A DNA stretch of 64,000 nt from Bacteroidales bacterium (GTDB lineage: Bacteria > Bacteroidota > Bacteroidia > Bacteroidales > PUMT01): contig JAWODJ010000015.1 in NCBI GenBank assembly GCA_046483315.1, positions 457-64,456 on the forward strand, in the 5' to 3' direction. The position numbers and the translations under genes are program-made. The notes under the pieces are model-generated. The model was not told the DNA's origin. It made no database searches and worked only from the letters and a program-made list of their open reading frames with translations. Shown here one piece after another: positions 49,263 through 59,867 of this stretch (the first letter of the stretch is position 1; the number at the start of each line of letters is the position of its first letter).

Positions 49263-50021
49263 TTACCTGTAATAATTCATAATCGCCTCTGCAATCCCTG
49301 ATGAATTCATTTTTTGCGCCGTAACCAGAGGTTTGATGCCTCTCTGCATTACCGTTTCGGCGGTTACACTTCCTATGCACGCAATCCTCAGCGAATCCAG
49401 ACTTATCCTATCCTTTGCTGCCAGGCAAAAATTATTGAATCCTGAGCTGCTTGTAAAAATTATCATCTCATATTTATCGTCCTGTACAAATTTCAATACT
49501 TCATAATTGATATTGCGGGGCATTTCGGTATTATAGACGTTTATCCTGAATACCTCTGCAATGCCCTTAAGTCCCTCTTCAACAGTGCCGCGGGCCAGGT
49601 TGCCTGCCGGCAGCAGCACCCCGGGGTTTTTACCCGTAAAAAGTTCACGCAGCTCCGCCGAAAAAGCCTCACCTGTTGACCCTTTACCCGTATAGTGTGC
49701 CTCATGAGCAAACCTGCTGAGCCCGGAACCGGTATCCCTGCCTATTACGGCAATTTTTGTATCCCTTCCGGTTTCGTAACTGCCGGTTAAATCCTTCAGA
49801 TGGCCGAAAAAATGAATAACCCCGTTTGAACTGGTGAACACTATCCAGTCGAAACTACCGGCACGCCTCAGAACCTCCTTTTCATTATCCGTCAACTCAG
49901 CTCTGCGGATATCAATCATTGGCATTTCCAGCAGTTCAGCCCCCTGCTCACTGAAAAATTCCCTCAGTTCTTCAGATCTTCCGGCAGGACGGGTTGATAT
50001 GAATGTTTTTCCCCTGATCAT
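49263..50021 (-). CDS. hemD: uroporphyrinogen-III synthase
   Basis: 252 aa. Its size and its position overlapping hemC by 4 bp fit HemD, as does the two-lobe repeat pattern (WIVFTSSNGV / MIIFTSSSGF). Confidence 0.75.
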   Translation of the reverse strand: MIRGKTFISTRPAGRSEELREFFSEQGAELLEMPMIDIRRAELTDNEKEVLRRAGSFDWIVFTSSNGVIHFFGHLKDLTGSYETGRDTKIAVIGRDTGSGLSRFAHEAHYTGKGSTGEAFSAELRELFTGKNPGVLLPAGNLARGTVEEGLKGIAEVFRINVYNTEMPRNINYEVLKFVQDDKYEMIIFTSSSGFNNFCLAAKDRISLDSLRIACIGSVTAETVMQRGIKPLVTAQKMNSSGIAEAIMNYYR

Positions 50022-50947
50022 ATTTTTCTTATCTCCTTCAATATTTTATCCCCTCCGCGGGCAAGAAGCTTTCCTGCCAGCTGTCTGCCGGGTTCGTCAA
50101 CTTCCCCGGAAGGGAATGTCATCTTCTCTTTAATGTAAATCCTGCCATCGGGAGAAGCGATAAAACCGGTTATTGTGACGGACAAACCGTTAAAACCGGT
50201 AAAGCATCCCGCGGGCACCTGACAGCCACCCTGCAGGGTATTCAGAAAATCCCTTTCCATGCCGGCTGCCAGCCATGTCTGCCGGTGGCTGATCTTTTCA
50301 CAAACTTCATTGATATATTCATCATTTTTGCGGGTTTCAACGGCAATTATACCCTGGCTTACCGCCGGAATAAAAATATCCGGGTCGAGTATTTCCGTTA
50401 TTTGGCTCCTCAGGCCAAGCCTTATAAGTCCGGCAGCTGCCACTACAATTGCATCGCAGTGTCCTTCCTTCATTTTCTGCAGACGGGTATTGACATTGCC
50501 ACGTATGTCCACAACCCTGAGATCTTTATTAAAATTCAGCAGGCCGGCCTGGCGACGAAGGCTTGAGGTTCCTATTACGGTACCTGCATTAAGCTCGCTT
50601 ATTTTTTTATGGCCGGCACTGACCAGGGCATCGCGGAAATCACCCCGTTCCAGGACGGCGCCAACCCTGAAGCTGTCCGGCAATTCGGTAGGCAGGTCCT
50701 TGAGACTGTGAACAGCCATATCGACTTCACCGTTAATGAGCGACCGTTCAAGCTCTTTTGTGAATAGCCCCTTGTCCCCGATTTTGGACAATGCCACATC
50801 AAGTATTTTATCCCCTTTTGTCTTGATAATTACTATCTCCGTACCTGTGTCCGGAAAGTGTTCACGGATTTTCTCACGAACCTGCTCTGCCTGATAAAGT
50901 GCCAGATTGCTGCCACGGGTGCCTATTTTAATTATTCTTTTGCTCAT
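50018..50947 (-). CDS. hemC: hydroxymethylbilane synthase (porphobilinogen deaminase)
   Basis: 309 aa with the blocks IKIGTRGSNLALYQA, GDKGLFTKELE and SSLRRQ. Confidence 0.9.
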   Translation of the reverse strand: MSKRIIKIGTRGSNLALYQAEQVREKIREHFPDTGTEIVIIKTKGDKILDVALSKIGDKGLFTKELERSLINGEVDMAVHSLKDLPTELPDSFRVGAVLERGDFRDALVSAGHKKISELNAGTVIGTSSLRRQAGLLNFNKDLRVVDIRGNVNTRLQKMKEGHCDAIVVAAAGLIRLGLRSQITEILDPDIFIPAVSQGIIAVETRKNDEYINEVCEKISHRQTWLAAGMERDFLNTLQGGCQVPAGCFTGFNGLSVTITGFIASPDGRIYIKEKMTFPSGEVDEPGRQLAGKLLARGGDKILKEIRKI

Positions 50948-50965
50948 TTGCGTAAAAGGAGTTGG

Positions 50966-52231
50966 TTACTTTTGCTTTTCATCAACCGTAAACAATTCGC
51001 TGATAATATTCAGTGAACCTGAGGCAGGTCTGTTTCTTTTTACTTCCCTGAGATTCTTTATTATCAGGTTAATATATTTTTGTGTGATACGGTTTGTATA
51101 TTCATCAATAAGCTTAAGCTTTTGCTCATCTTCCATCCCTTTATAAATATTCATTTCATCTTCCCGAATTTTCCGGATGTTCCTTTTAATAGTTTTTATC
51201 AGGGGACGCAGTGCCAGGCAGTCCACCCAAAACATATACTCTTCAGCCAGTTCATTCACTATTTCATTTGCCTGCTCCATACTTTCCATGCGCCTGCCGG
51301 AGTATGAATCAACTATTTGCTGCATATCATCAACGCCGTAAAGCATTACATTTTCCAGGTCTGAAACGGAATTTTCGATGTTACGCGGCACCGACAGGTC
51401 GATATATACCTGCCGGTTATTTTGCCTCTCAGCCATTGCCGTCTCAACATCAGATTTACCTAAAAGATGGTGGCGCGCACCTGTGGCAACGATTACAATG
51501 TCACAATCCGGCAAATGGCTGCATATTTCATCAAAATTCACTACCGTGGCTCTGTTTTCCTGCGCCAGGGCCAGGGCATTCTTGTAAGTACGGTTGGCAA
51601 CAAATATCCTGGTTACACCCCGTTTTATCATATAACGAAGCGCGAGCCTCCCGGTTTCCCCGGAACCGATAAACAAAACGGTTTTCGCCGGCAAGTCGTC
51701 AAATATTTTACAGCATAAATCAACCGCAACATTACTTACCGATGAAGGACCTTGTTGTAATGCGGTTTCGGTACGAACCCTCTTACTGGTTTCAAAACTT
51801 TTCTGAAACAGACGCATAAGCACAGCATCGGTCAGGACCGCCTCCGTACAGTAAATATAGGCTTCTTTCACCTGATTTACAATCTGATCTTCACCAATTA
51901 CCAGTGAATCCATCCCTGATGTGACCCTGAAAAGATGTTTTACCGCCTCCCTGTCCACATAACTGTAGAAAGCACCTTCATAATTCTGCGGAACCTTTTT
52001 AAAATTGTGCAGCAGTTCAGTAAGTACTTTACTCACCCTCTTGTTACAGGACTTATCATGATAATAATATAATTCTGTACGGTGGCACGTGGACAGTACC
52101 ACTAATTCTGTTATCTCAGTCTTCTGCTGTGCCAGCTCGGAGAAAGGTACAATATCTTCCCTGGCAAGGGCGAAATATCCGCGAACATCCTGGGAGGCTG
52201 TTTTATGATTTATTCCCAATACACCAATCAT
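50966..52231 (-). CDS. hemA: glutamyl-tRNA reductase
   Basis: 421 aa with GINHKTA, the LSTCHRTELY catalytic Cys block and GSGETG (NADPH). Confidence 0.9.
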   Translation of the reverse strand: MIGVLGINHKTASQDVRGYFALAREDIVPFSELAQQKTEITELVVLSTCHRTELYYYHDKSCNKRVSKVLTELLHNFKKVPQNYEGAFYSYVDREAVKHLFRVTSGMDSLVIGEDQIVNQVKEAYIYCTEAVLTDAVLMRLFQKSFETSKRVRTETALQQGPSSVSNVAVDLCCKIFDDLPAKTVLFIGSGETGRLALRYMIKRGVTRIFVANRTYKNALALAQENRATVVNFDEICSHLPDCDIVIVATGARHHLLGKSDVETAMAERQNNRQVYIDLSVPRNIENSVSDLENVMLYGVDDMQQIVDSYSGRRMESMEQANEIVNELAEEYMFWVDCLALRPLIKTIKRNIRKIREDEMNIYKGMEDEQKLKLIDEYTNRITQKYINLIIKNLREVKRNRPASGSLNIISELFTVDEKQK

Positions 52232-52351
52232 AATGATTTAAATAAATATCAACAAAAAACTTTAAATTGATAACCTTGTGCATACACTAACCAGGTGCCA
52301 GGCACCGGTCAAAAGTTAATACATGCAAAGATTTAATAAGGTCGGGGTGGA

Positions 52352-52708
52352 TCAGTACAGAGGAGGGGGCCTGGAAAAAAGGCTGAAATTGGTATCCCGG
52401 CTAAATATTCTGACGTGAGTAATAACAAACAGTTTTTTTATCTCAGGGAAATACGCCGGACTTAACCGGGAAGGAACTGATATGTCAGAGTTTTGGTAAA
52501 CTTTTTTGTGTGGGGAGTAATCCTGAAAATGGAAGTCGCTTTTAGCGAACTCCCTGCTATGAGAATACCTGATTTCCTTTTCAGATTTTTTCTTGTTGCT
52601 TGTTTTATTATTTATTTGATAAACGGAGTATATCCCAAAGCTGACGGAATATACGGCAACCAGTATTATGTAGGGAATATGAGTTGAAAAAAACCCGGTA
52701 AAAAACAT
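52352..52708 (-). CDS. hypothetical small membrane protein (weak)
   Basis: 118 aa ORF with one N-terminal TM-like segment in an otherwise non-coding 0.8-kb spacer. There is no further support. Confidence 0.2.
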   Translation of the reverse strand: MFFTGFFSTHIPYIILVAVYSVSFGIYSVYQINNKTSNKKKSEKEIRYSHSREFAKSDFHFQDYSPHKKVYQNSDISVPSRLSPAYFPEIKKLFVITHVRIFSRDTNFSLFSRPPPLY

Positions 52709-53030
52709 TTTCTGTTTTATTTACAGCCAGATAAACCTGCCGCTTTGATTAGTTATTCGAGCCTGCAAATTAATATAGTTTTAGTCTTGCACCAAACATT
52801 TTTACACATAATCGTCCGGGAAATATTGATTTTATTTTAAGCGGCACCGATTGGCTCCTTTCTCCGGGGAGATAACAGAAAACAATAAAACGCAATCAGT
52901 TTATTTTTAGCTTGTTGCGTTTCTCTGTTGTCGGAGTGGCAAGATTAAAATTACAACCTCACCTGCTGGATCAACGGCATGTATTTGAAAACCAGGTTCA
53001 TGGGCAATTGTATAATATTACAGATAATAA

Positions 53031-53717
53031 TCAATCCTCTTTAAGTACTGATTGAATATTCTTCAATTTGCCAAAAAAGACAACTATATCACCTTCATGT
53101 AAAACAGTCTCAGATGATGCTACTCCCTGTGGGACATTGACTTTTCTTTTTTCTCCGATAACATTTGTTTCTATTTCCGGTTTCATTACGGAAAGCAGAA
53201 GGATATTGTGATTTCGCCGAAATTTTATATCCCCCAGTTTCTTGCCAATATAACGCTTTGGGATAACCGCCTCTACCAGGCTGTACTCCCTTGATAACTC
53301 AAATGAATCGATTATTCCGGGAAAATCAAGTTTGTTTGCCCATCTTTCTGCTGTTTCTTCCTCAGGATGAACGATCTCGGTGATTCCCATAGCATCCAGT
53401 ATTGTTTCGTGCAAAGGATTAACCGCCCGACTGATAAGTCGTTTCACATTCATCTTTTTCATCAGGGCTGTTGTCATCAGATTCGCACCTTCATCCTCAC
53501 CAATACATACTATTGCAACATCAGTTTCCTTTACAGGAAGATTGCTGATGGCCTGTTGATCAGAAGAGTTAAGACACATCGTAAAGGTTAATTTTTCCTT
53601 CATAGCTTCAACCTTGTTTATATCACTGTCAACGCCAAATATTTCATGGCCCATAGCGGTAAGTTTCTCCGCAAGGGAAGAGCCAAAATTTCCCAGACCG
53701 ATAATAATAAACTTCAT
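53031..53717 (-). CDS. trkA: Trk/Ktr K+ uptake regulatory subunit (TrkA-N plus TrkA-C)
   Basis: 228 aa with a KFIIIGLGNFG Rossmann block and a C-terminal RCK-C block (LGDIKFRRNHNILLLSV). Confidence 0.85.
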   Translation of the reverse strand: MKFIIIGLGNFGSSLAEKLTAMGHEIFGVDSDINKVEAMKEKLTFTMCLNSSDQQAISNLPVKETDVAIVCIGEDEGANLMTTALMKKMNVKRLISRAVNPLHETILDAMGITEIVHPEEETAERWANKLDFPGIIDSFELSREYSLVEAVIPKRYIGKKLGDIKFRRNHNILLLSVMKPEIETNVIGEKRKVNVPQGVASSETVLHEGDIVVFFGKLKNIQSVLKED

Positions 53718-53729
53718 ATTTAAATAAGT

Positions 53730-55448
53730 TTAATTGATTAATATACTTTCAGACGGATACCTGTAATTAAGATATTTGATTTTTCTTAAAAATGCTACCA
53801 GTATGGTTAGCATGCTGACTCTTCCAATAAACATGGTGAAAACAATCACCATTTTGCTTGGATTACCCAGATCTCCGGTTATTCCCATGCTCAAGCCAAC
53901 CGTGCTGTAGGCAGAAAAACATTCGAAGGCTACAGGAAGTAATTCTCTCTCCGGTTCAAAACCTGTTATAAGAATAATGGAAGATCCTGCAACAATAAAT
54001 GACAATAGCATAATTGCAAATGCACGTTTTACAGATACTTCTGACACCTCTCTCCGGAAAACCTCGATCCTGTCCTTTCCCCTTGCAAGACTAACCACAT
54101 TCATAAAAGCTATCGCCAGTGAACTTGTCTTGATTCCTCCTCCCGTTGAGCCTGGTGATGCGCCGACCCACATTAAAAATAATACCAGCAGTACTGTCGG
54201 GGGAGCAAGTGCCGATGTGTCAACCGTGTTGAAGCCTGCTGTTCTTGGGGTTACCGCCCCAAAAAAAGCGGTAATAACCTTTCCTGCTTTTCCATGTTCA
54301 GCAAGGGTATTGTTATATTCAAAAATATAGAAGAAAAAGGTTCCCGTAAGAATAAGCACCAGGGTAGTTATCAATACGATCCTTGTATTTATATTGATAA
54401 CCCAGGGCACATAAAGTGATTCTTTCCTGAAGATCCTGTTAATAAAAAGATGTTTTAAGTACCTGAGTATATTAAATACGATAGGGAAACCCAGTCCACC
54501 CAGGATGAAAAGGAAAGCAATCGTGAGGTGGAGATTATAATTGAACCTGAAAGCACCTTCAAAAAGGCTGTCGGACAAGGTTGAAAATCCGGCATTACAA
54601 AATCCGGACACAGCATGAAAAACTGAAAAGAACATCTGCTCTCCGGCAGAAGTAAAAAGGGTGCTGTCAAGGGTTGTAAATATTATTGCAGCTCCTGCAG
54701 CCTCAATGGCAATGGTAAGAAGGATAATTATATTCATTGTTCTGAAAACTTCAGCGATCTTTTCAGAATTAGTCATATCTTTCAGCAGGATTTGACTTTC
54801 GTAGGAAGCACCACCCCTGAAAAAGTAACTGAAATAACTTGTAAAAGTCATAATGCCAATGCCACCGGCCTGAATAAGTATCATTATTATCACCTGACCG
54901 AAAGTGGTAAAGTAACTGCCTGTATCAACTACAATTAGCCCTGTTACGCAGACTGCACTTGTGGAAGTGAAAAGAGCATCAATGACTCCTATTCCTGAAT
55001 ATGTCGCCCTGGGTAGTAAAAGCAGAAAAGTGCCCAAAACAATAATTGCAAAAAAACTTACAATAAACAGTTGTGCAGGATTCAGGTACCGGTATGTAAG
55101 AGTAGATTTAATTGCTGAGACTTCCCGGAAAAAAACCAGTATTACTGCAAAATATAACAGGTATCTGTTGTGAAAAAAAGAAGAAAAGTCCCACTCTGCA
55201 AACCCTGAGAGTACTCCAAGCAGAAGTAGAAAAAACAGAGCATCGAAAAACCATACTTTTGGAAGAGGACGTTTCCTGGACAAAAAGTACCTGTTAATAG
55301 CCGAAAACACACCGGTTATTAAGGTGAAAATATAAAAACTATGCAGGAAATCCTGAGTTTCAGCATCCTGGTCGAACCCAAAATCATAGATTATTGAGAG
55401 TACTGCAATAAGGCTTATCCAGAATGGAATTCGACTAAAATATTTCAA
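53730..55448 (-). CDS. trkH: TrkH/KtrB-family K+ transporter, long form
   Basis: 572 aa polytopic protein. Selectivity-filter-like repeats include TSAVCVTGL, CNAGFS, RTAGFNT and YSTVGLS. Confidence 0.8.
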   Translation of the reverse strand: MKYFSRIPFWISLIAVLSIIYDFGFDQDAETQDFLHSFYIFTLITGVFSAINRYFLSRKRPLPKVWFFDALFFLLLLGVLSGFAEWDFSSFFHNRYLLYFAVILVFFREVSAIKSTLTYRYLNPAQLFIVSFFAIIVLGTFLLLLPRATYSGIGVIDALFTSTSAVCVTGLIVVDTGSYFTTFGQVIIMILIQAGGIGIMTFTSYFSYFFRGGASYESQILLKDMTNSEKIAEVFRTMNIIILLTIAIEAAGAAIIFTTLDSTLFTSAGEQMFFSVFHAVSGFCNAGFSTLSDSLFEGAFRFNYNLHLTIAFLFILGGLGFPIVFNILRYLKHLFINRIFRKESLYVPWVININTRIVLITTLVLILTGTFFFYIFEYNNTLAEHGKAGKVITAFFGAVTPRTAGFNTVDTSALAPPTVLLVLFLMWVGASPGSTGGGIKTSSLAIAFMNVVSLARGKDRIEVFRREVSEVSVKRAFAIMLLSFIVAGSSIILITGFEPERELLPVAFECFSAYSTVGLSMGITGDLGNPSKMVIVFTMFIGRVSMLTILVAFLRKIKYLNYRYPSESILIN

Positions 55449-55634
55449 TTAAGAAAACTTTTTGAAGGTTTACTGGAAAATAATTTCTTTAGTATTTTCA
55501 TGTGTAGATGTTTTTTGAAATCAATAACAACAAGTTAAGTTCAGCTTGAATATTATTCAATTCAGAACTGAAAGGAAAATTTGATGTTGAACATGAATGA
55601 ATTTAGGCATTTATACAAAGTTTTCCAAAGACTC

Positions 55635-56318
55635 TTATTCACCAAAGCGATAACCGATCCCCGACTCAGTAATTAAAAAAGTTGGTCTTGAAGGATTGTC
55701 TTCAATTTTTTTTCTCAATTGTGCTACGAATACTCTCAAATATTGGGTCTGTTCACTGTAATTATATCCCCAAACTTCTTTAAGTATATACTGATGCGTT
55801 AGAACACGACCATGATTTTTAGCCAGTAGACAAAGTAAAGAAAATTCAGTAGATGTGAGTTTTAATATTTCATTGTTTTTTCTTACAATATGGCTGACCA
55901 TATCAATACTTAGAGCACCAAATTCCAGTTTGGTGGCTTCATCTTTGATTTCTCCAGACCTTATAGCAGCACGGATTCTGGCAAGCAATTCACCACTCCT
56001 GAATGGTTTTATTAAATAATCATTTGCTCCATTATCTAAAGCGATAATAATTTCCTCCTCGGAATTTCGCACTGATAATACTATAACAGGTTTGAAAAAC
56101 CACTCCCTTAATTTTTTAAGTATTTCCTGACCATCGATATCTGGCAACCCCAAATCCAGAATTATTAAAGAAGGGTGATGGGTTGCTGCATCAACCAATC
56201 CATCTTTGCCATTAACCGATTGGATAATTTTATATCCATTTGCTGAAAGTGTAATTTCCAGCAATCTGCGAATTTGAAGTTCATCATCAATTATTAATAT
56301 GGTTTCATTTTCATTCAT
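55635..56318 (-). CDS. OmpR-family response regulator, KdpE-like
   Basis: 227 aa. ILIIDDELQIRRLL..LIILDLGLPDIDGQE..PVIVLSVRNSEEEIIIALDNGANDYLIKPF runs closely parallel to E. coli KdpE (recalled). It has a winged-helix C-terminus. Confidence 0.85.
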   Translation of the reverse strand: MNENETILIIDDELQIRRLLEITLSANGYKIIQSVNGKDGLVDAATHHPSLIILDLGLPDIDGQEILKKLREWFFKPVIVLSVRNSEEEIIIALDNGANDYLIKPFRSGELLARIRAAIRSGEIKDEATKLEFGALSIDMVSHIVRKNNEILKLTSTEFSLLCLLAKNHGRVLTHQYILKEVWGYNYSEQTQYLRVFVAQLRKKIEDNPSRPTFLITESGIGYRFGE

Positions 56319-56329
56319 GTGTTTTCTAA

Positions 56330-57856
56330 CTACAGACTACTTATTTCCAGTTTTTCAGTTGGAATTTTGATTGTAAACTTTGCCCCACCATTTATTGAGT
56401 TTTCAACCGTTATTAGGCCATTATGAGCCTCAACAAATCCTTTAACGATAGACAAACCTAATCCAAGTCCACCGGTTTTGCTGCCATCTACCCTGAAGAA
56501 CTTTTTAAAAACATTTTTCATTTCAGCTTCAGGAATCCCGGGACCTTTATCAATAACCTCAATAATAAATACTCCATTATCATAACTGGTATTAAGTTCA
56601 ATATTTGAGGCCCCGGGAGCATATTGTGTTGAATTGAAAATAAGATTATACAAAACCTGTTCCATTAAACCAAAATCTATTTTTATCAGAGGCATCTCTT
56701 CCGGTATTGTTATCTTCAACGAAAATGGCTTCAGCTCATCTTCTAAATCTTCTGTCACCTTATTAATAAGATCATTAATATCATACCAGTCAAGCCGCAC
56801 AGAAATATGACCGCTCTCTAATCGTGATATATTTAATAGGTTTTCAATAAGCCTGTTCAGACGTAACGAAGCAGTGAAAATTTCTTGACATAATGCTAAT
56901 TGGATATTCTCTGAATTTGAAGAATTTAATATTGAATCTGAAGCACCCATAATTGTAGCAACAGGTATTCTTAATTCATGTGAAATTGAGTTAAACAATG
57001 TTTTGTACAACCTGTCTGATTCATCTAAAAAGCGGACTTTTTGAGCCAATTCGCCAAGAAATTCCCTTTCAAGTGCATTGGATATTTGCGCAAGGAATGT
57101 ATCCCAATAAGATTTCTGTTCATCCATAAATTGGTTGTTTTGCCTGACTGCTACAACCCCGGGATTTAATCTGGTTCCAGGTAATGGAAAAAATGTATAC
57201 TCAACTGAAAATGAATTACTGGTATAGGCCCCTGCTCTTTGAGAATGGTTAAAAACCCATTCAGCAACGGTATATTCAATGGGTGTAAGTTTTTTTTCTT
57301 TTTGTAACCGGCCTGATGAATTAAGTATATTATTCCCATCCTGCAAAATAAATAAAGAATCAATTGAAAAATTATTCTTTATTTCTGCAATAGCAACTGC
57401 CAAAACCTCATCAATACCCCTGGACTTTGATAATTCTTTAGTTAATTGAAAAAGTGCATTTGTACGTTTTTCTCTTTCACGGGCCAGTTTTTCCTGCCTG
57501 CGCACTCTGGTAGTTAAAACTCCGTTTACCAGTGCAATAATGAAGAACATTCCAAATATTAATATATCTTCCGTTTTTTCTATATGAAAAGTGTAATTTG
57601 GTGGTATAAAGAAAAAGTTCCAAACCAGAGCACTTAAAGTTGAAGTAAACAGAACAGGACCGATACCCATAAAAGTAGATAAGATTGAAACTACAAACAA
57701 CAGGATAAAGGATACAACATGATAATTCTCAGTATCGGAAAGGGGAGTGCAGATCAACGCAGTACTGCCAATAATAATAATGGAAAGTATATATTGATTG
57801 ACCTCTGAACTTAAAATTTGGGATACAAACTTTTTTATATATCCTGTCAGATTCAT
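56330..57856 (-). CDS. sensor histidine kinase resembling the C-terminal half of KdpD (TM/DUF4118-like, GAF-like, HisKA, HATPase)
   Basis: 508 aa. It has four N-terminal TM segments, the H-box SHELRIPVATIMG and the G-box GGLGLGLSIV. There is no N-terminal KdpD/Usp sensor region. Confidence 0.8.
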   Translation of the reverse strand: MNLTGYIKKFVSQILSSEVNQYILSIIIIGSTALICTPLSDTENYHVVSFILLFVVSILSTFMGIGPVLFTSTLSALVWNFFFIPPNYTFHIEKTEDILIFGMFFIIALVNGVLTTRVRRQEKLAREREKRTNALFQLTKELSKSRGIDEVLAVAIAEIKNNFSIDSLFILQDGNNILNSSGRLQKEKKLTPIEYTVAEWVFNHSQRAGAYTSNSFSVEYTFFPLPGTRLNPGVVAVRQNNQFMDEQKSYWDTFLAQISNALEREFLGELAQKVRFLDESDRLYKTLFNSISHELRIPVATIMGASDSILNSSNSENIQLALCQEIFTASLRLNRLIENLLNISRLESGHISVRLDWYDINDLINKVTEDLEDELKPFSLKITIPEEMPLIKIDFGLMEQVLYNLIFNSTQYAPGASNIELNTSYDNGVFIIEVIDKGPGIPEAEMKNVFKKFFRVDGSKTGGLGLGLSIVKGFVEAHNGLITVENSINGGAKFTIKIPTEKLEISSL

Positions 57857-57912
57857 TTTGCATTATTAGAATACAAAAATAATTATAATAACACTATTTT
57901 ATTTTTGGGTTT

Positions 57913-59358
57913 TTACCTGGTCCAGAAAGTTCTGGTAAACAATATAAAAATTGTATATATTTCTAATCTGCCGACCAACATTAAAAAAGCAAGGATTAAT
58001 TTGCCTAAAACGGGTAAATGTGCAAAGTTATTTGCCGGGCCAACTGTTCCTATTCCTGGTCCTATTCCAGCCATGCAGGTGGCTACTGAACCACCTGCAG
58101 TTATACTGTCAATTCCAATTAAAACCAACATCAGGCTTCCTGCCAGAAAAATAAGTAAATAAATAAAAATAAATGTGAGTATAGAATTATTTGTATCAGC
58201 ATTCATAATTTTGTTATTAATCTTAATCGGAATAACACTATGAGGTGAGAGTAATTGTTTGAAATTTCTCCCGATATTCTTAAAAAGAATCAGATGTCTG
58301 ACCATTTTTATACCCCCTGCAGTGGAACCGCTACTCCCTCCAAGAAACATAGCAAAAAATATTATTGTCCATGCAGATATGGGCCATTGAAGATAATCTG
58401 CAGTAGCATACCCTGTGCATGTAAGTACTGATATTACCTGGAAATATGCTTCTCTAAAGGATTCTTCAAAAGGTTTTTGCATTTTAAAAAACAAAGTGGC
58501 ACTGATTATAATTCCAACAAAAAATACAATACCCAGGAAGAATTTTAATTCATCGTTTTCTTCGACTTTTTTCAGTTTTCCTTTAATCAGATAATAGTGT
58601 ATCACAAAATTAGTTCCCGACAAAAGCATAAAAACCATTATTACATATTGTATGTAAGGTGAATAATTTGCTATGCTGGTATTTTTTGGTGAAAACCCGC
58701 CTGTTGCAATTGTACCAAATGCATGGCATACACTTTCAAAAAGATTCATCCTGCCAAACAGTAAAAAAACAATTTCTGCAATGGTAAGTGAAATATAAAT
58801 TAACAATAATCGAATGCCTACAGATTTTATTTTAGGGTGAATTTTTTCCTTAACAGAGGATTCTAAAGTAAAAAGATGATAACCGCCAATCTGGAATGTT
58901 GGCATAATAATAATAAACAGAACTATGATTCCAATACCCCCGATCCAATGTGTTAGACTTCTCCAGAATAGTATTGATTTCGGTAATGATTCAATGTCGG
59001 TTAAAATTGATGAACCTGTTGTTGTAAAACCAGAAACAGACTCAAAAAAAGCATCGACAAAGGATGGGATTGCACCTGAAATGATATAAGGTAAACTTCC
59101 AATAAGACTTATAAAAAGCCATGACAAAGTTATAGTGAGGTATGCTTCTTTTCGTTGTATTGAAATTTCGGTTAACTCCTTATTAGTGATTAAAAAGAAT
59201 ACTATTCCAATTATAAAGGCTGTTAAAGAAGAAATAATAAATGCCGAAATATTTTCAGAATAGTAAATACCTATTATAGTACAAAATAACAATGCTGCAG
59301 AAATAATAAATAAGTTCCTGCTAATTACTTTATATACAATATTAAAATTTATAACCAT
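57913..59358 (-). CDS. trkH: TrkH-family K+ transporter
   Basis: 481 aa polytopic protein with SVSGFTTTG, IATGGFS, VLTCTGYA and GSTAGGIK filter-like repeats. Confidence 0.85.
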   Translation of the reverse strand: MVINFNIVYKVISRNLFIISAALLFCTIIGIYYSENISAFIISSLTAFIIGIVFFLITNKELTEISIQRKEAYLTITLSWLFISLIGSLPYIISGAIPSFVDAFFESVSGFTTTGSSILTDIESLPKSILFWRSLTHWIGGIGIIVLFIIIMPTFQIGGYHLFTLESSVKEKIHPKIKSVGIRLLLIYISLTIAEIVFLLFGRMNLFESVCHAFGTIATGGFSPKNTSIANYSPYIQYVIMVFMLLSGTNFVIHYYLIKGKLKKVEENDELKFFLGIVFFVGIIISATLFFKMQKPFEESFREAYFQVISVLTCTGYATADYLQWPISAWTIIFFAMFLGGSSGSTAGGIKMVRHLILFKNIGRNFKQLLSPHSVIPIKINNKIMNADTNNSILTFIFIYLLIFLAGSLMLVLIGIDSITAGGSVATCMAGIGPGIGTVGPANNFAHLPVLGKLILAFLMLVGRLEIYTIFILFTRTFWTR

Positions 59359-59867
59359 TAAAAATTCTTTGCATATTTTTTATATAATAGTATGGCCCGG
59401 CTCATGATACCTGATACTATTATGATTACAAATAAAACCTGGATAATATAAAGACTATATAAAATTTACAGAAGGAGTATAAAGATTTTATAAAGAATAT
59501 TTTTCCTTATTATCCTATTTAATTGACTGCAAGGAAAACTGGCCGAATGTACCAGGTAATAGTACACATCAAATTTTGCAAAAGGACATATCAGGATATC
59601 CTGATTCGTTTATTTGACTTGTTAACCTTGTTACAACTTAGAAATAGCAGGATAATGATCCGTTGTGATTGATTAAATATAATTCTCTATGGTACTGCAT
59701 CTGTATATCTCTTCCGGAATTATCCCATATGCCATAATCTGATGTAAATACTGCAGCGGTATTAATATTTTTCTTAACTTGGGTTGAATGTAAAATATTA
59801 TAACAGGTATACTGTATTTCCATGGGGGAAGGGATATAATTGGATTTGTGATCAGTATAACCAAAAT

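Noticed and set aside
3263-51672. Numerous 60-220-aa ORFs antisense to or out of frame with long genes (for example 3263..3775, 18383..18892, 27075..27617, 29789..30448, 31016..31534, 33721..34278, 34463..35035, 43126..43623, 50259..50711, 51211..51672)
   Set aside because: Each lies wholly inside a longer ORF that has clear family signatures on the other strand or frame. Their compositions (Ser/Pro/Arg-rich) are typical of shadow ORFs.
55520-55560. Palindrome TTGAATA-T-TATTCAA between the KdpE-like gene and trkH as a KdpE operator or terminator
   Set aside because: OmpR-family regulators bind direct rather than inverted repeats. The stem is short and AT-rich with no T-run, and a 7-bp AT palindrome is expected by chance in AT-rich spacer.
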